Source: a virus
Taxonomy: Duplodnaviria; Caudoviricetes
Strand: one strand, 5' to 3'
IMG/VR virus record: IMGVR_UViG_3300010388_000214
Span: 1-64,000 of that record
Length of the DNA: 64,000 nucleotides
In this document: in pieces, positions 12,760 through 22,318 of the stretch
Layout of the letters: every line of letters starts with the position of its first letter
How positions within the stretch are numbered: position 1 is the stretch's first letter
The notes under the pieces: model-generated
Seen by the model: the letters and a program-made list of their open reading frames with translations, nothing else
Databases searched by the model: none
What the model was told of the DNA's origin: nothing
Made by a program: the position numbers and the translations under genes

Positions 12760-13090
12760 TAAGAACTTCTCAGACTACAATGTCTTTCTTCGTGCTATGG
12801 GAACAGCTCTATCTAGCATGTCAGAAGGAGACGAGCAGTTCACCATTATGTCTGCAGGACCAGCAAGGTTAAACTCTATGGGTATGGAATTTACAAACGT
12901 ATCTGAGCGTAGCCTGAAGGCCCGTGGCATTCATGCAAAGATTGTTAAGGTTCCCGTTGCTTGGTTTGATAAGAATATGCAGGTAGTGGATCACTTCATG
13001 TATTTCAGTCTTCCCAAAGAGACCGTGTCACCCCTGGTGGCTAAGGCAGAAGACTTAGATCTTGATGTAGGAATCTATCGGTATGCTTAG
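12737..13090 (+). CDS. SLOG/YspA-like protein
   Basis: IGIQGSKNFSDY N-terminus resembles SLOG GSR.F.DY motif. Confidence 0.45.
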   Translation: MIIGIQGSKNFSDYNVFLRAMGTALSSMSEGDEQFTIMSAGPARLNSMGMEFTNVSERSLKARGIHAKIVKVPVAWFDKNMQVVDHFMYFSLPKETVSPLVAKAEDLDLDVGIYRYA

Positions 13091-13439
13091 CAAAAGCGAA
13101 GAGGCCTTTCTTTCAGTAGCAAGATATCTTTCTAAGAAATCTGCTGCTAGACAGAAGCACGGAGCAGTTGTGGTTAAGTCAGGGCGTGTCCTTGGTACTG
13201 GCTACAACAAGGATAAGAATCATCCGACACAGGTGTCACCAGAACATATCAAAACGCATTGTAGTCGTCATGCTGAAATAGAGGCGATGAAAGATGCTAA
13301 CTGGAATGTACGTGGTGCAGTTCTTTATGTTGCCAGACTAAATCGTCAGGGTAGCGATAGGAACAGCAGACCTTGCAAACACTGCGAGGTAGTAATACAA
13401 ACAATGCAAATCAAAAAAGTAATATACACAGAAGGTTGA
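13083..13439 (+). CDS. dCMP/cytidine deaminase family
   Basis: HGAVVV..G, GYN, HAE, PCKHC. Confidence 0.85.
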   Translation: MLSKSEEAFLSVARYLSKKSAARQKHGAVVVKSGRVLGTGYNKDKNHPTQVSPEHIKTHCSRHAEIEAMKDANWNVRGAVLYVARLNRQGSDRNSRPCKHCEVVIQTMQIKKVIYTEG

Positions 13440-13444
13440 GAAAG

Positions 13445-13654
13445 ATGCAAATCACATCACTTAATCAAATGGAAGAGATTGTCGCAAACAACAAGTCCCT
13501 CAGCTGGGATGGTTGGACAGTTCTCCACACAAAGCAGGACCCAACCGCATGGTCAAAGACCAACGGTGTATTTAGAAATTCACAATGGCATGTACAGAAC
13601 CGTTACGAGCCTGTCGAGAATGGATGGAATATCCCATTAAAGCTTGTGAGGTAA
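13445..13654 (+). CDS. hypothetical protein
   Basis: Trp-rich ORF (LSWDGW). Confidence 0.65.
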   Translation: MQITSLNQMEEIVANNKSLSWDGWTVLHTKQDPTAWSKTNGVFRNSQWHVQNRYEPVENGWNIPLKLVR

Positions 13655-13655
13655 C

Positions 13656-13940
13656 ATGGACAAGCATGAGTGGAAAGATCTAGGATCTTGCAGGGACTAT
13701 GACACTAACTTATTCTTTGATAAGTATGAAGATAATCTTGAACTCAGGCCTGCCATTGACAAGCTATGTTCTGACTGCCCAATGGTAAAGCAATGTTTTG
13801 CTGTTGGTGTCTCTCAGAAAGAATGGGGAGTCTGGGGAGGTGTGTATATTGAGAATGGAAAAATTTCCAGGGAATTCAATAAGCACAGGTCTAAAGAGGA
13901 TTGGTCTCAAACCTGGCAATATCTAACGATGGATAATTAA
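13656..13940 (+). CDS. whiB: WhiB-family Fe-S transcription factor
   Basis: C...LFF...CSDCP...QC...GVWGG. Confidence 0.9.
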   Translation: MDKHEWKDLGSCRDYDTNLFFDKYEDNLELRPAIDKLCSDCPMVKQCFAVGVSQKEWGVWGGVYIENGKISREFNKHRSKEDWSQTWQYLTMDN

Positions 13941-13942
13941 TT

Positions 13943-14158
13943 ATGGAAATGTGGTCATGGGTATTAGCTGCAATTGGTGTAGCTGGAATATTCTTTGTTG
14001 GTCAAAAGACTATTTGGGGTTGGCTAATTCTATTAGCTAACGAATGCATATGGTTTGTTTATGCCATTGCAACAGAACAATATGGTTTCATATTTTCTGC
14101 CATAGCATATGCCACGGTATATGTTAGATCCTATTTACACTGGAAAAGAGATAAGTAA
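13943..14158 (+). CDS. small membrane protein (PnuC-like half)
   Basis: Three hydrophobic segments, WGW motif. Confidence 0.55.
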   Translation: MEMWSWVLAAIGVAGIFFVGQKTIWGWLILLANECIWFVYAIATEQYGFIFSAIAYATVYVRSYLHWKRDK

Positions 14159-14394
14159 TGTACACAGATGAAATGAAGAGAGCCTTCTACTCTGTTACGC
14201 CACCTAAAAACTTTGGCGTTCAGATTGTTGACAACGAGCATTTCCTGACAGTAAAGGCAAGTGCAAAGCAATTCTTTAACTTGCTTGACGAAGATAAGCG
14301 TGATGCTGTTGAGTATATGGTTCGAGTCAAGAAGGCACTAGAAGACAATGGTGCAATCGTAATGCTTGTAAGAGATGGCGAAGAAGGTTTGTAA
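14158..14394 (+). CDS. hypothetical protein
   Basis: Coupled ORF. Confidence 0.7.
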   Translation: MYTDEMKRAFYSVTPPKNFGVQIVDNEHFLTVKASAKQFFNLLDEDKRDAVEYMVRVKKALEDNGAIVMLVRDGEEGL

Positions 14395-14775
14395 ATGAAT
14401 ACAGAATTGCTTTCTCTGATTGGCTTTATCGTATATACACTATTGTTTTGCCTAGTCGCATTTGGCTACTCCAGGTCTCTGATTAATAATAAAAGCATTA
14501 GAAATCAGCTTGCAGCAGAAGTAATTGAAAAAGCAGCACTAACAGCACGCATCGATCAACTAGAAGGTGCACGTGACTCTGACAAGATTGAGAATACAGA
14601 AGGCTTTCTACGCTTTGTATCTGAATCTCGTGAGTGGGCTTTTGAGTATATTGAGGATGTGCAGCAAGCACTACTCGCCTACGATATAGCTCTCAGTACT
14701 GATGATGCAAAAATAATTAATGATGCATATAAAAAGTTAATCAGCTTCTTGCCAGATGACGATGTGGTATCATAG
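14395..14775 (+). CDS. membrane-anchored hypothetical protein
   Basis: N-terminal TM; FLRFVSESREWAFEYIEDVQ. Confidence 0.7.
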   Translation: MNTELLSLIGFIVYTLLFCLVAFGYSRSLINNKSIRNQLAAEVIEKAALTARIDQLEGARDSDKIENTEGFLRFVSESREWAFEYIEDVQQALLAYDIALSTDDAKIINDAYKKLISFLPDDDVVS

Positions 14776-14831
14776 AATTGCCTGCTCTTCGGAGGGGTAA
14801 TACAAATAACTCGCTTAAAAGGAGTGATAAT

Positions 14832-15287
14832 ATGGTAAAAACATACAAAACAATGATGGACGTATTTAACGATCCATTCCTCATTGGGTTTAGTCGGGAA
14901 TTCGATAGGCTCAATACACTACAGAAGACAAACTCTTCTATCTCATATCCACCATACAATGTGGTAAAGTATACGGATGACGAATATGATCTGATGCTTG
15001 CAGTTGCTGGCTTCTCGATTGACGATCTGTCCGTAACCATAGATGATGGAAATCTGATTGTGGCTGGAGAGATTTCAGAATCACCAGCTGCTGAACCAGA
15101 GTATCTCTACAAGGGTATTGCCACACGCAAGTTTACTCGTAAGTTTGCACTTGGTGAATATATGGAGGTAGAGAAGACATCTCTAAAGGATGGAATCCTA
15201 CGCATTTTCATTAAACGTAATATTCCAGAAGAACAAAAGCCAAAACGCATCGAAATCATCGATCACAGTGCTAACAATAAGTATTAG
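14832..15287 (+). CDS. hsp20: small heat-shock protein Hsp20
   Basis: YPPYN, AVAGF, YLYKGIATRKFTRKFAL, DGIL, PEEQKP; AAGGAG SD. Confidence 0.95.
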   Translation: MVKTYKTMMDVFNDPFLIGFSREFDRLNTLQKTNSSISYPPYNVVKYTDDEYDLMLAVAGFSIDDLSVTIDDGNLIVAGEISESPAAEPEYLYKGIATRKFTRKFALGEYMEVEKTSLKDGILRIFIKRNIPEEQKPKRIEIIDHSANNKY

Positions 15288-15299
15288 TAAGTAGATCGC

Positions 15300-15326
15300 A
15301 GTCCTGAGCATGACTTAAAACTGCTC
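15300..15326 (+). ncRNA. small H-type pseudoknot motif, copy 1
   Basis: AGTC-CT-GAGCA-T-GACT-TAAAAC-TGCTC; five covarying copies at 32-35 kb. Confidence 0.65.
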
Positions 15327-15327
15327 T

Positions 15328-17235
15328 TTAATGATATGCTTTTGCTCTGTAGTTAATAAAGATGTTTTCGTAGCCACGGGCACGGAAGTCTTGGCACACA
15401 ACGACCATTTCGCAATCGCCTTCACCAGTCTTCTTATTGATCCAGTGGTGTCTAGCACCTTCCTGGAATGGCTTGGCACGGTACAGGCATAGTCCGCTAG
15501 AGGTAGACAGGTACCTTCCATAATGCTTTGTTCGGTATCCGTCTTCAAGGGGGAACACACCAGGCTGGTATTCATCTGTAGTCCTGGTAGCCCATACGTC
15601 ATAGAATGTACCGTTTGGACGAACAGACATGGCAGAGACAACGTCAAAGTCTGGCTCAAGTGTTTCAAATTCAAGAAGCTCCCTGATGTCACCCACACCA
15701 AACTTTACGTCACCCTCAAACATGAGCACGTAGTCGGCGGTATCTAAGAAGCCTGCAGCCTCAATAGCCTTGTTTCTAGCAATGGACAGATTCATAACTC
15801 TTTCTTCATCCTTAACAGAACCAAAATACTTAGTGTTAACATTCTCACTAATGATCGAGATACCCTTAAGCATGGACCAGTCAAAGCTAAACAACAACCT
15901 CTTAGTGCTATCGGTAGAGTCGTTCTCATAAATAGACAAGTAGAACTCATGTTCTGGGAAAGCCTTTACCACATCAGCGATCTGCTTGTGGTACTGCCCC
16001 ATTTGCTTTTCTCTATTACGAATAATAGAATACATAAGTATCTTCTTTTTAGGGATCAATTTCTTGATTGCTTTGTTTAGTGCCTCTGCACTTAGCATTG
16101 ACTCTACAACATCTTTAAATTCACCCTGGATCTTCTCCCAGTCAAAGCTCTTAGCAAGCTTGTAGCTGCTTTCTGACAAACTAGCGTATACCTTGGTATC
16201 CCCTAGTTTTAAAATGGCTTCTACCATTTCGTCAGAATTGTCTCCAATCAGCATACATGAGCTAATTTCTTCTCCAGAGAACCCTCTGGCACCGACGGTA
16301 GAAGAAACAATGGGAAGGCCATAGCTTAACGCCTTCATAACCTTAAGGTGTGTGCCTGCTCCACTCTCCATGGGGTTAATGAATACACCAGAAGACTTAA
16401 ATAAATAGTCTAATGTTTCGTCATCGACCTTGCCAAGGATTTCGATGTTGTCAGATGGCTTCATTGTTTTAAGAGCATTGCTTGCGTCACCAACAACCTT
16501 GAAGGTGTAGTCTGGCAAAGCCTGAGCAATTGGAAGAAGGTTCTTTGCTGCAACAACGTTTGGTGGGTGACCGCTACCAACAAACAAAACAACTTTGTTG
16601 TTTCTGGATACATCAGCATCTGGCTTTCTAATCTGCGTACCGTTTGGAATATACACAGACTTCTTGTTTGTCTTGTAGAACTCACGAATCTTCTGCTCGT
16701 CTTGAGTTGAACAGTAAGTGTAAAGGTCACAAAGATTTAGGGCAAGCTCCTCCATCTGAGCCGTAACCTTTAGGTCTAAAGAGTTTACTTTGTATAGTTG
16801 TTCAGCAAGTGTGATCTCTGCATTGTGTGACGCATAGATAACTGGTAAGTTATTTACATTAAGTTCATCAAATAAAGGTGCTGTTGCAAAGTGATCGAGA
16901 ATAACTAAATCAGTATCCTTTAACTCTTTTCTAACAACATTCTTAAACTTTGTCATAAAGTCTTTTAGCAAGTAAATGGTTAGGTCACGACTTTTGCCAT
17001 CCAGTCTCTGCCTCTGGTTGTTGCCTCTTCTTGCTGTGCCTGGGTCAGCTGCATAAACAGAAAACTTTGTGCCATCTGCGAGGGTAGTGCTATGATCTTC
17101 TCCACCCCAACTAAAAGCCACAACGTGTACGTCATGCCCACTAATAGATTCTAAGAGTTTAAATGATCTTTCTGACCCACCAGAACTTGTGTCTAACATG
17201 TTTGGGTTTGCTGAGATTACTAATATTTTTGCCAT
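15328..17235 (-). CDS. two-domain glycosyltransferase (GT4-like plus GT-A domain)
   Basis: SGGSER, LFVGSGHPPN, GAGTHLKVMKALSYGLPIVSS; second domain IYENDSTDST...ARNKA. Confidence 0.85.
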   Translation of the reverse strand: MAKILVISANPNMLDTSSGGSERSFKLLESISGHDVHVVAFSWGGEDHSTTLADGTKFSVYAADPGTARRGNNQRQRLDGKSRDLTIYLLKDFMTKFKNVVRKELKDTDLVILDHFATAPLFDELNVNNLPVIYASHNAEITLAEQLYKVNSLDLKVTAQMEELALNLCDLYTYCSTQDEQKIREFYKTNKKSVYIPNGTQIRKPDADVSRNNKVVLFVGSGHPPNVVAAKNLLPIAQALPDYTFKVVGDASNALKTMKPSDNIEILGKVDDETLDYLFKSSGVFINPMESGAGTHLKVMKALSYGLPIVSSTVGARGFSGEEISSCMLIGDNSDEMVEAILKLGDTKVYASLSESSYKLAKSFDWEKIQGEFKDVVESMLSAEALNKAIKKLIPKKKILMYSIIRNREKQMGQYHKQIADVVKAFPEHEFYLSIYENDSTDSTKRLLFSFDWSMLKGISIISENVNTKYFGSVKDEERVMNLSIARNKAIEAAGFLDTADYVLMFEGDVKFGVGDIRELLEFETLEPDFDVVSAMSVRPNGTFYDVWATRTTDEYQPGVFPLEDGYRTKHYGRYLSTSSGLCLYRAKPFQEGARHHWINKKTGEGDCEMVVVCQDFRARGYENIFINYRAKAYH

Positions 17236-17278
17236 TGTAATAATAGTATACCATCTCCGCTGTGTTATAATTATAGGT

Positions 17279-17725
17279 ATGGAACAACTCATTAGCCTAC
17301 TGAAGGCACTGCTAGCAGACAACATTACATTACGCTTTAAGGCACAAGGATACCACTGGAACGTCGAGTCGGATGACTTCGCACAGTTCCACAGTTTTTT
17401 CGGAAAGATCTACGAAGACTTTGAGGGTGCAACCGATGCACATGCAGAGTGGATCCGTATGCTTAACGCCTACGCTCCTTACAGAATCTCAGAGTTCTTT
17501 GACTCTACCTCTATCTCAGAGCCACTGATTGTCGGAGATGCAGAAGAAATGATTGCAGATCTTTACGATGCGGTAGAGAAGCACAAGGAAGACCTTATTG
17601 CTGCAGGTATTGTAGCCAATGGACTTAACGAGTTTGGCCTTGCAAACTTCTTGGCAGAGCGACAGACTGCTTGCCAGAAGTGGTGCTGGCAGTTACGCTC
17701 TAGCATGGAGATGGAAGAAGACTAA
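17279..17725 (+). CDS. dps: Dps/ferritin-like protein
   Basis: YHWNVE, QFHSFF, D.HAEWIR, K..WQLRS. Confidence 0.85.
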   Translation: MEQLISLLKALLADNITLRFKAQGYHWNVESDDFAQFHSFFGKIYEDFEGATDAHAEWIRMLNAYAPYRISEFFDSTSISEPLIVGDAEEMIADLYDAVEKHKEDLIAAGIVANGLNEFGLANFLAERQTACQKWCWQLRSSMEMEED

Positions 17726-18087
17726 TGCCATACAAGATTAGCGGTAAGGGTAACGCACTTGGTTGCTCTGGATACGGAGTACAGGATGATGCTGGTAAGA
17801 CAGTTGGATGTCACGCTACCCGTGCAGAGGCAGAGGCTCATGTAGCAGCTCTTTACGCTAACGTAGAAGATGCTAAAGACATGTCTTTTACTGTTGACCC
17901 AAAGTACCCTGGAGCTGGTATTAAGCGTCCAGAGCAGGGTAGAGCAGGTGGAAAGACTGGTTCTGGCATTAGAAGTCAGTACGGTAAGAAGCCAAAGAAA
18001 ACAAATCGTGGACGCTCTCCAGATGCACTTAACAGTAACGGTGCACTTGGAACAACTGGTGGCGGCATGTCTCTTGGAGGAATATAA
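17725..18087 (+). CDS. hypothetical protein
   Basis: MPYKI...VGCH.TRAEA..H..ALYAN motif plus G/K-rich tail. Confidence 0.65.
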   Translation: MPYKISGKGNALGCSGYGVQDDAGKTVGCHATRAEAEAHVAALYANVEDAKDMSFTVDPKYPGAGIKRPEQGRAGGKTGSGIRSQYGKKPKKTNRGRSPDALNSNGALGTTGGGMSLGGI

Positions 18088-18605
18088 TGGATGATTTAAT
18101 TAAGGCACAAGGACCCTGCTGGGATGGATATATGCAGCGAGGAATGAAGCCTGGTGAAAACGGTAAGATGGTCCCCAACTGCGTACCTGCAAAGAAGGCA
18201 GACGATCTATGGGAAGACGATGACACAGTTGAGTATGACACTGAGTCCATGGCAAAGGCAGAAGGCTACTCTCCTCCTGCTGGTGCACGCTCTGCTGCTC
18301 GTAGAGCAATTAAGTTTAAGGAAGATGGGAAGGCAACTGGTGCAGGTACAGCTGTAGGTTGGACTCGTGCAGGTCAGCTTGCTAGAGGAGAGACCCTGTC
18401 TCTTAGTACTGTTAAGCGTATGTACTCATATTTTTCTCGTCACGAGGTAGACAAGAAGGGTAAGGATTGGGCAAACCAGTCAAACCCATCTAACGGATAC
18501 ATCATGTGGCTTGCATGGGGTGGAGACGCAGGGTATTCCTGGTCACGTGGCATCGTAGAGCGTGAGAAAAATAAAAAATTCTGGCAAGGCTCAGCCTTTG
18601 AGTAA
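18087..18605 (+). CDS. hypothetical, possible head-associated protein
   Basis: GPCWDGY...VPNCVP and RMYSYFSRH...WLAWGGDAG motifs seen in phage proteins. Confidence 0.6.
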   Translation: MDDLIKAQGPCWDGYMQRGMKPGENGKMVPNCVPAKKADDLWEDDDTVEYDTESMAKAEGYSPPAGARSAARRAIKFKEDGKATGAGTAVGWTRAGQLARGETLSLSTVKRMYSYFSRHEVDKKGKDWANQSNPSNGYIMWLAWGGDAGYSWSRGIVEREKNKKFWQGSAFE

Positions 18606-18624
18606 TTAGTGGTACAATTAAAAC

Positions 18625-18906
18625 ATGAGTACATTACACAATCTTTATACAGTGGGAACCACACAGGTTGCCGTCTCCGAGCCATCTACAACATCTGGTC
18701 GTGACGTCACTATTCAAAACGTAAACGCTTCTGGATACATCTATGTAGGTGGCACAGGAGTGACTACCGAAAATTATGGATATAGAATTTCAGCCAACCA
18801 CGCTATCTCTTTTGAGTTAGACTCACAAGATGAACTATACGTTATTGGATCAACAAGCAACATGAAGGTTGCTGTAATCTCTATCAACTTAGAAGGAAAG
18901 CAGTAA
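18625..18906 (+). CDS. hypothetical beta-rich virion-type protein
   Basis: Leaderless ORF; IQN...YIYVGG..VT..NYG. Confidence 0.6.
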   Translation: MSTLHNLYTVGTTQVAVSEPSTTSGRDVTIQNVNASGYIYVGGTGVTTENYGYRISANHAISFELDSQDELYVIGSTSNMKVAVISINLEGKQ

Positions 18907-19358
18907 TGGCTAGGTTTACTAATCCAGCAACCGCATCAGACCTAAACCTTGTTGTTGTAGATACGTCATACGTTCTAGGTGGTGGAACCCTGAATGGTAG
19001 TCAGCCAACTTTTAATGGCGATCCACTTTTTGCTGGTAGCTATGTAAAGGTTGGAAGTCTTGTACACTTTAGAGCCACGGTGACGATGACAAACATTACT
19101 GGTTTTGGTACTGGACAATACTACATGACGCTACCGTTTAACGCCAAGTATGAAGAGTATATTCGTGGTGGTCATCTTCACGATAACTCTACCAACAAAT
19201 TTTACTCCATCTCTGCACAAACTACACCAGGATCAAATGTCATTAAGCTTTGGACTACAGCAAATAATGGTGACGACGTACCGTTTACATCGTCTGTTCC
19301 ATTTAACTTGGCAGTAGCAGATGACTTCCATGTCTCTGGTAGCTACATCGCAGCTTAA
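18906..19358 (+). CDS. tail-fibre-tip-like protein
   Basis: GSYVKVGSLVHF...LPF...SGSY pattern. Confidence 0.55.
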   Translation: MARFTNPATASDLNLVVVDTSYVLGGGTLNGSQPTFNGDPLFAGSYVKVGSLVHFRATVTMTNITGFGTGQYYMTLPFNAKYEEYIRGGHLHDNSTNKFYSISAQTTPGSNVIKLWTTANNGDDVPFTSSVPFNLAVADDFHVSGSYIAA

Positions 19359-19359
19359 G

Positions 19360-19681
19360 TGGAAGTGCAGGGAATCGAACCCTGGTCCTAGTATGAGGCT
19401 AACCGTACTTCTACATGTTTAGCTAGTTTAACTAATACAGACAGAGATGTTACTAGCAACACTCTGCCCAACTATACCATCCTAAGAAGCGTCACTTTAT
19501 TTTAAGAACTTGCCGCTCAGCGTGACCACTGCTAACAAGGTGCTTTCGCAGACAACCTAAGCTGCTAGAGCGTATTCGGCGTTATATTTTGCACTTATCC
19601 GATTGACACAAGTGAATTGTTTGTGCCCGTCAATACATGCTTCTCCAGATATCCGATACTAGTCGAAAACCTTTCACTCCC
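19360..19681 (-). ncRNA. ssrA: tmRNA
   Basis: 5' GGGAGUGAAAGGUUUUCGAC; 3' GGGUUCGAUUCCCUGCACUUCCA with G3.U alanine identity pair; tag frame 19592-19557 encodes AKYNAEYALAA*. Confidence 0.93.
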
Positions 19682-19689
19682 CTATTTAG

Positions 19690-20112
19690 TTATGAGTCTA
19701 GTGTAGCATATTCTTCTGGGAATAATCTAGCATTGGTACGAAGTTTGTGGCAGTTTGAGCAGACCACATCGCACTTTGCAATCTCTTCCCAGGCCTTGTC
19801 GGGACCGTACTTTTTTAGGATGTGGGAGACCTGACCAAACTTCTTAAACTCTGGTAGGTGATCAAACTCTAGTACATAGTGGGGGTAGTCCTTCTCACAA
19901 TCAATGCAACCCATACGTTCTTTGTATGCCTGGATCGCCTCTAGCTCGCTGCCGTGCTCATGACGCATCTTCTTTGATACGTTAACTTTAGAGTCTCTAT
20001 TTAAATGATAAGAGATGACGGTCATTTCACAATTCAATTCACGTTGGATATCTGCATAAGAGGCACCTGCCATTCTCATGTTAACGATTCTCTGTTTGAT
20101 TGTAAGACTCAT
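19690..20112 (-). CDS. HNH endonuclease with N-terminal HTH
   Basis: CIDC...LEFDH...KCDVVCSNCHKLRT. Confidence 0.85.
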   Translation of the reverse strand: MSLTIKQRIVNMRMAGASYADIQRELNCEMTVISYHLNRDSKVNVSKKMRHEHGSELEAIQAYKERMGCIDCEKDYPHYVLEFDHLPEFKKFGQVSHILKKYGPDKAWEEIAKCDVVCSNCHKLRTNARLFPEEYATLDS

Positions 20113-20145
20113 TGATAATAGTATAGCAGATGATATAATTGATTG

Positions 20146-20835
20146 ATGGATTACGTTTATATCACCCGTGGCGGTGACAATGAGGAGCTTCGATACTCTT
20201 TAAGATCCATAGCTAAAAACGCTCCAGAAGGCCGTGTGTGGCTTGTAGGAGGTAAACCAGATTGGTTTGCTGGTGGACACATTCCAGTTAGGGATACTGG
20301 TGGCAAGTTTAAGAACATAGCCGCATGTTTGTTGGCTGCAGCAAGCTCAGAAGAAATCTCCGAAGACTTTGTTTTAATGAATGATGACTTCTTTATTTTA
20401 GAAAACATCGCAAACTTTTTACCCCTATACGGTGGCACCCTTGCTTCTAAGATTGCCGCATACACGGACCTGCTAGGTCCCACAGCATACTCAGGTCTAC
20501 TTGGCAGAGCCATGAAATACATGCAGTCTAAAGGGGTAAAGGAACCTTTAGACTACGACATCCACGTGCCGTTACCAATTAATAAAACAAAGTTTCTTGA
20601 GGTTGTCCCACGTGATACGCTTGCTCCACGTTCTGTATATGGAAACCTGGCAAACATCGGCGGTAGCGAGATCGTTGACGTAAAGACATACAACAATGCT
20701 AGGTATAGATCAAAGTCCTATACATACGACAAAGACAATTCACCATTCATATCAACCAATGATGATTCGTTTGCTATCTTATATGATAACGTTCTTAAAG
20801 AAATGTTTCCAGAGCCATCACAGTACGAGTCCTGA
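20146..20835 (+). CDS. Stealth-like sugar-phosphate transferase
   Basis: EELRYSLRSI, LMNDDFF, STNDD motifs. Confidence 0.6.
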   Translation: MDYVYITRGGDNEELRYSLRSIAKNAPEGRVWLVGGKPDWFAGGHIPVRDTGGKFKNIAACLLAAASSEEISEDFVLMNDDFFILENIANFLPLYGGTLASKIAAYTDLLGPTAYSGLLGRAMKYMQSKGVKEPLDYDIHVPLPINKTKFLEVVPRDTLAPRSVYGNLANIGGSEIVDVKTYNNARYRSKSYTYDKDNSPFISTNDDSFAILYDNVLKEMFPEPSQYES

Positions 20836-21468
20836 GTTAATCCAGATTTGATCCTGGATACCCTCCCACTGATACGATGTATGGCAAAGTAAGAAGCCAC
20901 GCTCAAGCATAAGGTCTATAACCATGTTGTTATTCTTGTGTCCTGGGTGTCTGTCAAACATTTCTGTTTCTAAATGAAATAGTTTGACATTGTGAACGTA
21001 GTCACCCATGCCCATAATAAATTCATAGCTGTACCCCTCAATATCTACCTTGACAATATCTATGGTTTTTTCCTGCAGCTTATTGGATTCAATAAACGTA
21101 TCCATTCTTGTTACTGGCACAGTAATCGTATTGTATGTGGCTTCCTCAAAGAATGAAAAGTTTTCGATAGAGGAAGACCCCTCATGATCCTTGTCATCAG
21201 AAACTATTTGAGTAAACTCTGTTGTGCCATCATACTCGTGAACGGCAGTATAAAAGGTTTTAAATCCTGGGTAGTTTTTCTTAATGTTTTCAATCGCCAA
21301 TGGGTTGGCATCGATTGCGTAGACATACCTAGTCTTAAGTTTGTTTCCTATATAAGACGCATCGTGACCATCACGAGAACCAACATCAAATAGTATGGTT
21401 GCTTTGTCCCCAAAGTATTCTTTATACTGTTCTACTATTGGATCAAGCCATTCATTATTCTTAATCAT
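20818..21468 (-). CDS. FkbM-family methyltransferase
   Basis: FDVGSRDG, IDANP, IVKVDIEG. Confidence 0.85.
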   Translation of the reverse strand: MIKNNEWLDPIVEQYKEYFGDKATILFDVGSRDGHDASYIGNKLKTRYVYAIDANPLAIENIKKNYPGFKTFYTAVHEYDGTTEFTQIVSDDKDHEGSSSIENFSFFEEATYNTITVPVTRMDTFIESNKLQEKTIDIVKVDIEGYSYEFIMGMGDYVHNVKLFHLETEMFDRHPGHKNNNMVIDLMLERGFLLCHTSYQWEGIQDQIWINSGLVL

Positions 21469-21485
21469 ATTATCTAATTATACAG

Positions 21486-21558
21486 TACCCTCGACAGGAT
21501 TCGAACCTGCGGCACATGGGGTAGAAACCCATTGCTCTATCCACTGAGCTACGAAGGC
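21486..21558 (-). tRNA. tRNA-Arg(TCT)
   Basis: GCCTTCG...ATGGG-TTTCTAC-CCCAT...GGTTCGAATCC. Confidence 0.92.
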
Positions 21559-21566
21559 ATGTGATG

Positions 21567-22277
21567 CTAAAGCTTAATAGCTCTAGCAAACACTACACGA
21601 GATGCCATCTTGGATGCACTAATGATAGCGATAGGTGCAGCTACAGATAGCACAACACCTGCCCACATTTGTGGATTAACAATGTCCCAGTTCCAGAAGT
21701 CCAGGGTGTGGAAAGCGTTAGCACCAACTGCAATAGCAGCAAATGAGATCATTCCCCATAGTGCACCACCAGTCTTCTCTGGATTGCCGTCATCGTCTAC
21801 ACGAGATGCAAGGACAAGGTATGCAACAAGAAAGATAAGATACATAAGCTCAATAAAGAAGAAGAACAGTCCAGCCATCCATGCGGCAGACAGTCCTACA
21901 AACTCAGCTACAGAAGTAATACCATTAAAGGATACGATAGCAGATGAAACAAATGCGATACCTACAGCCACAAGCCAGGTCACAAGAACGATCTTCTGGT
22001 CTACCTGAATCTTAGCAGCACGCTTAGACTCCTGAATACGGTATAGCTCTTCACGCTTTGTGAGTGGGCTTGGCACGGGAACATTGTCGTCTAGCCAACC
22101 ATCCTCACCTGCAAGCTCCCACTCATTTTCTGGTGAAGCTTCGTAGCTTGGCACAATAGTCTCCTCGAATGGTACAGAGACTGGTGTTCCATACCCAGTC
22201 TGATCTACTTTGTCTGACACGTTAGTCTCCTTGTTTTTAAATCTTCCATAGCCAATTCGTGAGTATGCGTTTGACAT
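21567..22277 (-). CDS. four-TM membrane protein
   Basis: Acidic N-terminus and four hydrophobic helices; GGAG SD. Confidence 0.7.
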   Translation of the reverse strand: MSNAYSRIGYGRFKNKETNVSDKVDQTGYGTPVSVPFEETIVPSYEASPENEWELAGEDGWLDDNVPVPSPLTKREELYRIQESKRAAKIQVDQKIVLVTWLVAVGIAFVSSAIVSFNGITSVAEFVGLSAAWMAGLFFFFIELMYLIFLVAYLVLASRVDDDGNPEKTGGALWGMISFAAIAVGANAFHTLDFWNWDIVNPQMWAGVVLSVAAPIAIISASKMASRVVFARAIKL

Positions 22278-22318
22278 CTCACTCCTAAAACTAAGTACAT
22301 CCATTATAGCTTATTTAG

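Noticed and set aside
15300-15326. Pseudoknot motif as a pistol, hammerhead or preQ1 element
   Set aside because: Lacks the additional helices and catalytic or ligand-binding consensus, and sits in 3' UTRs
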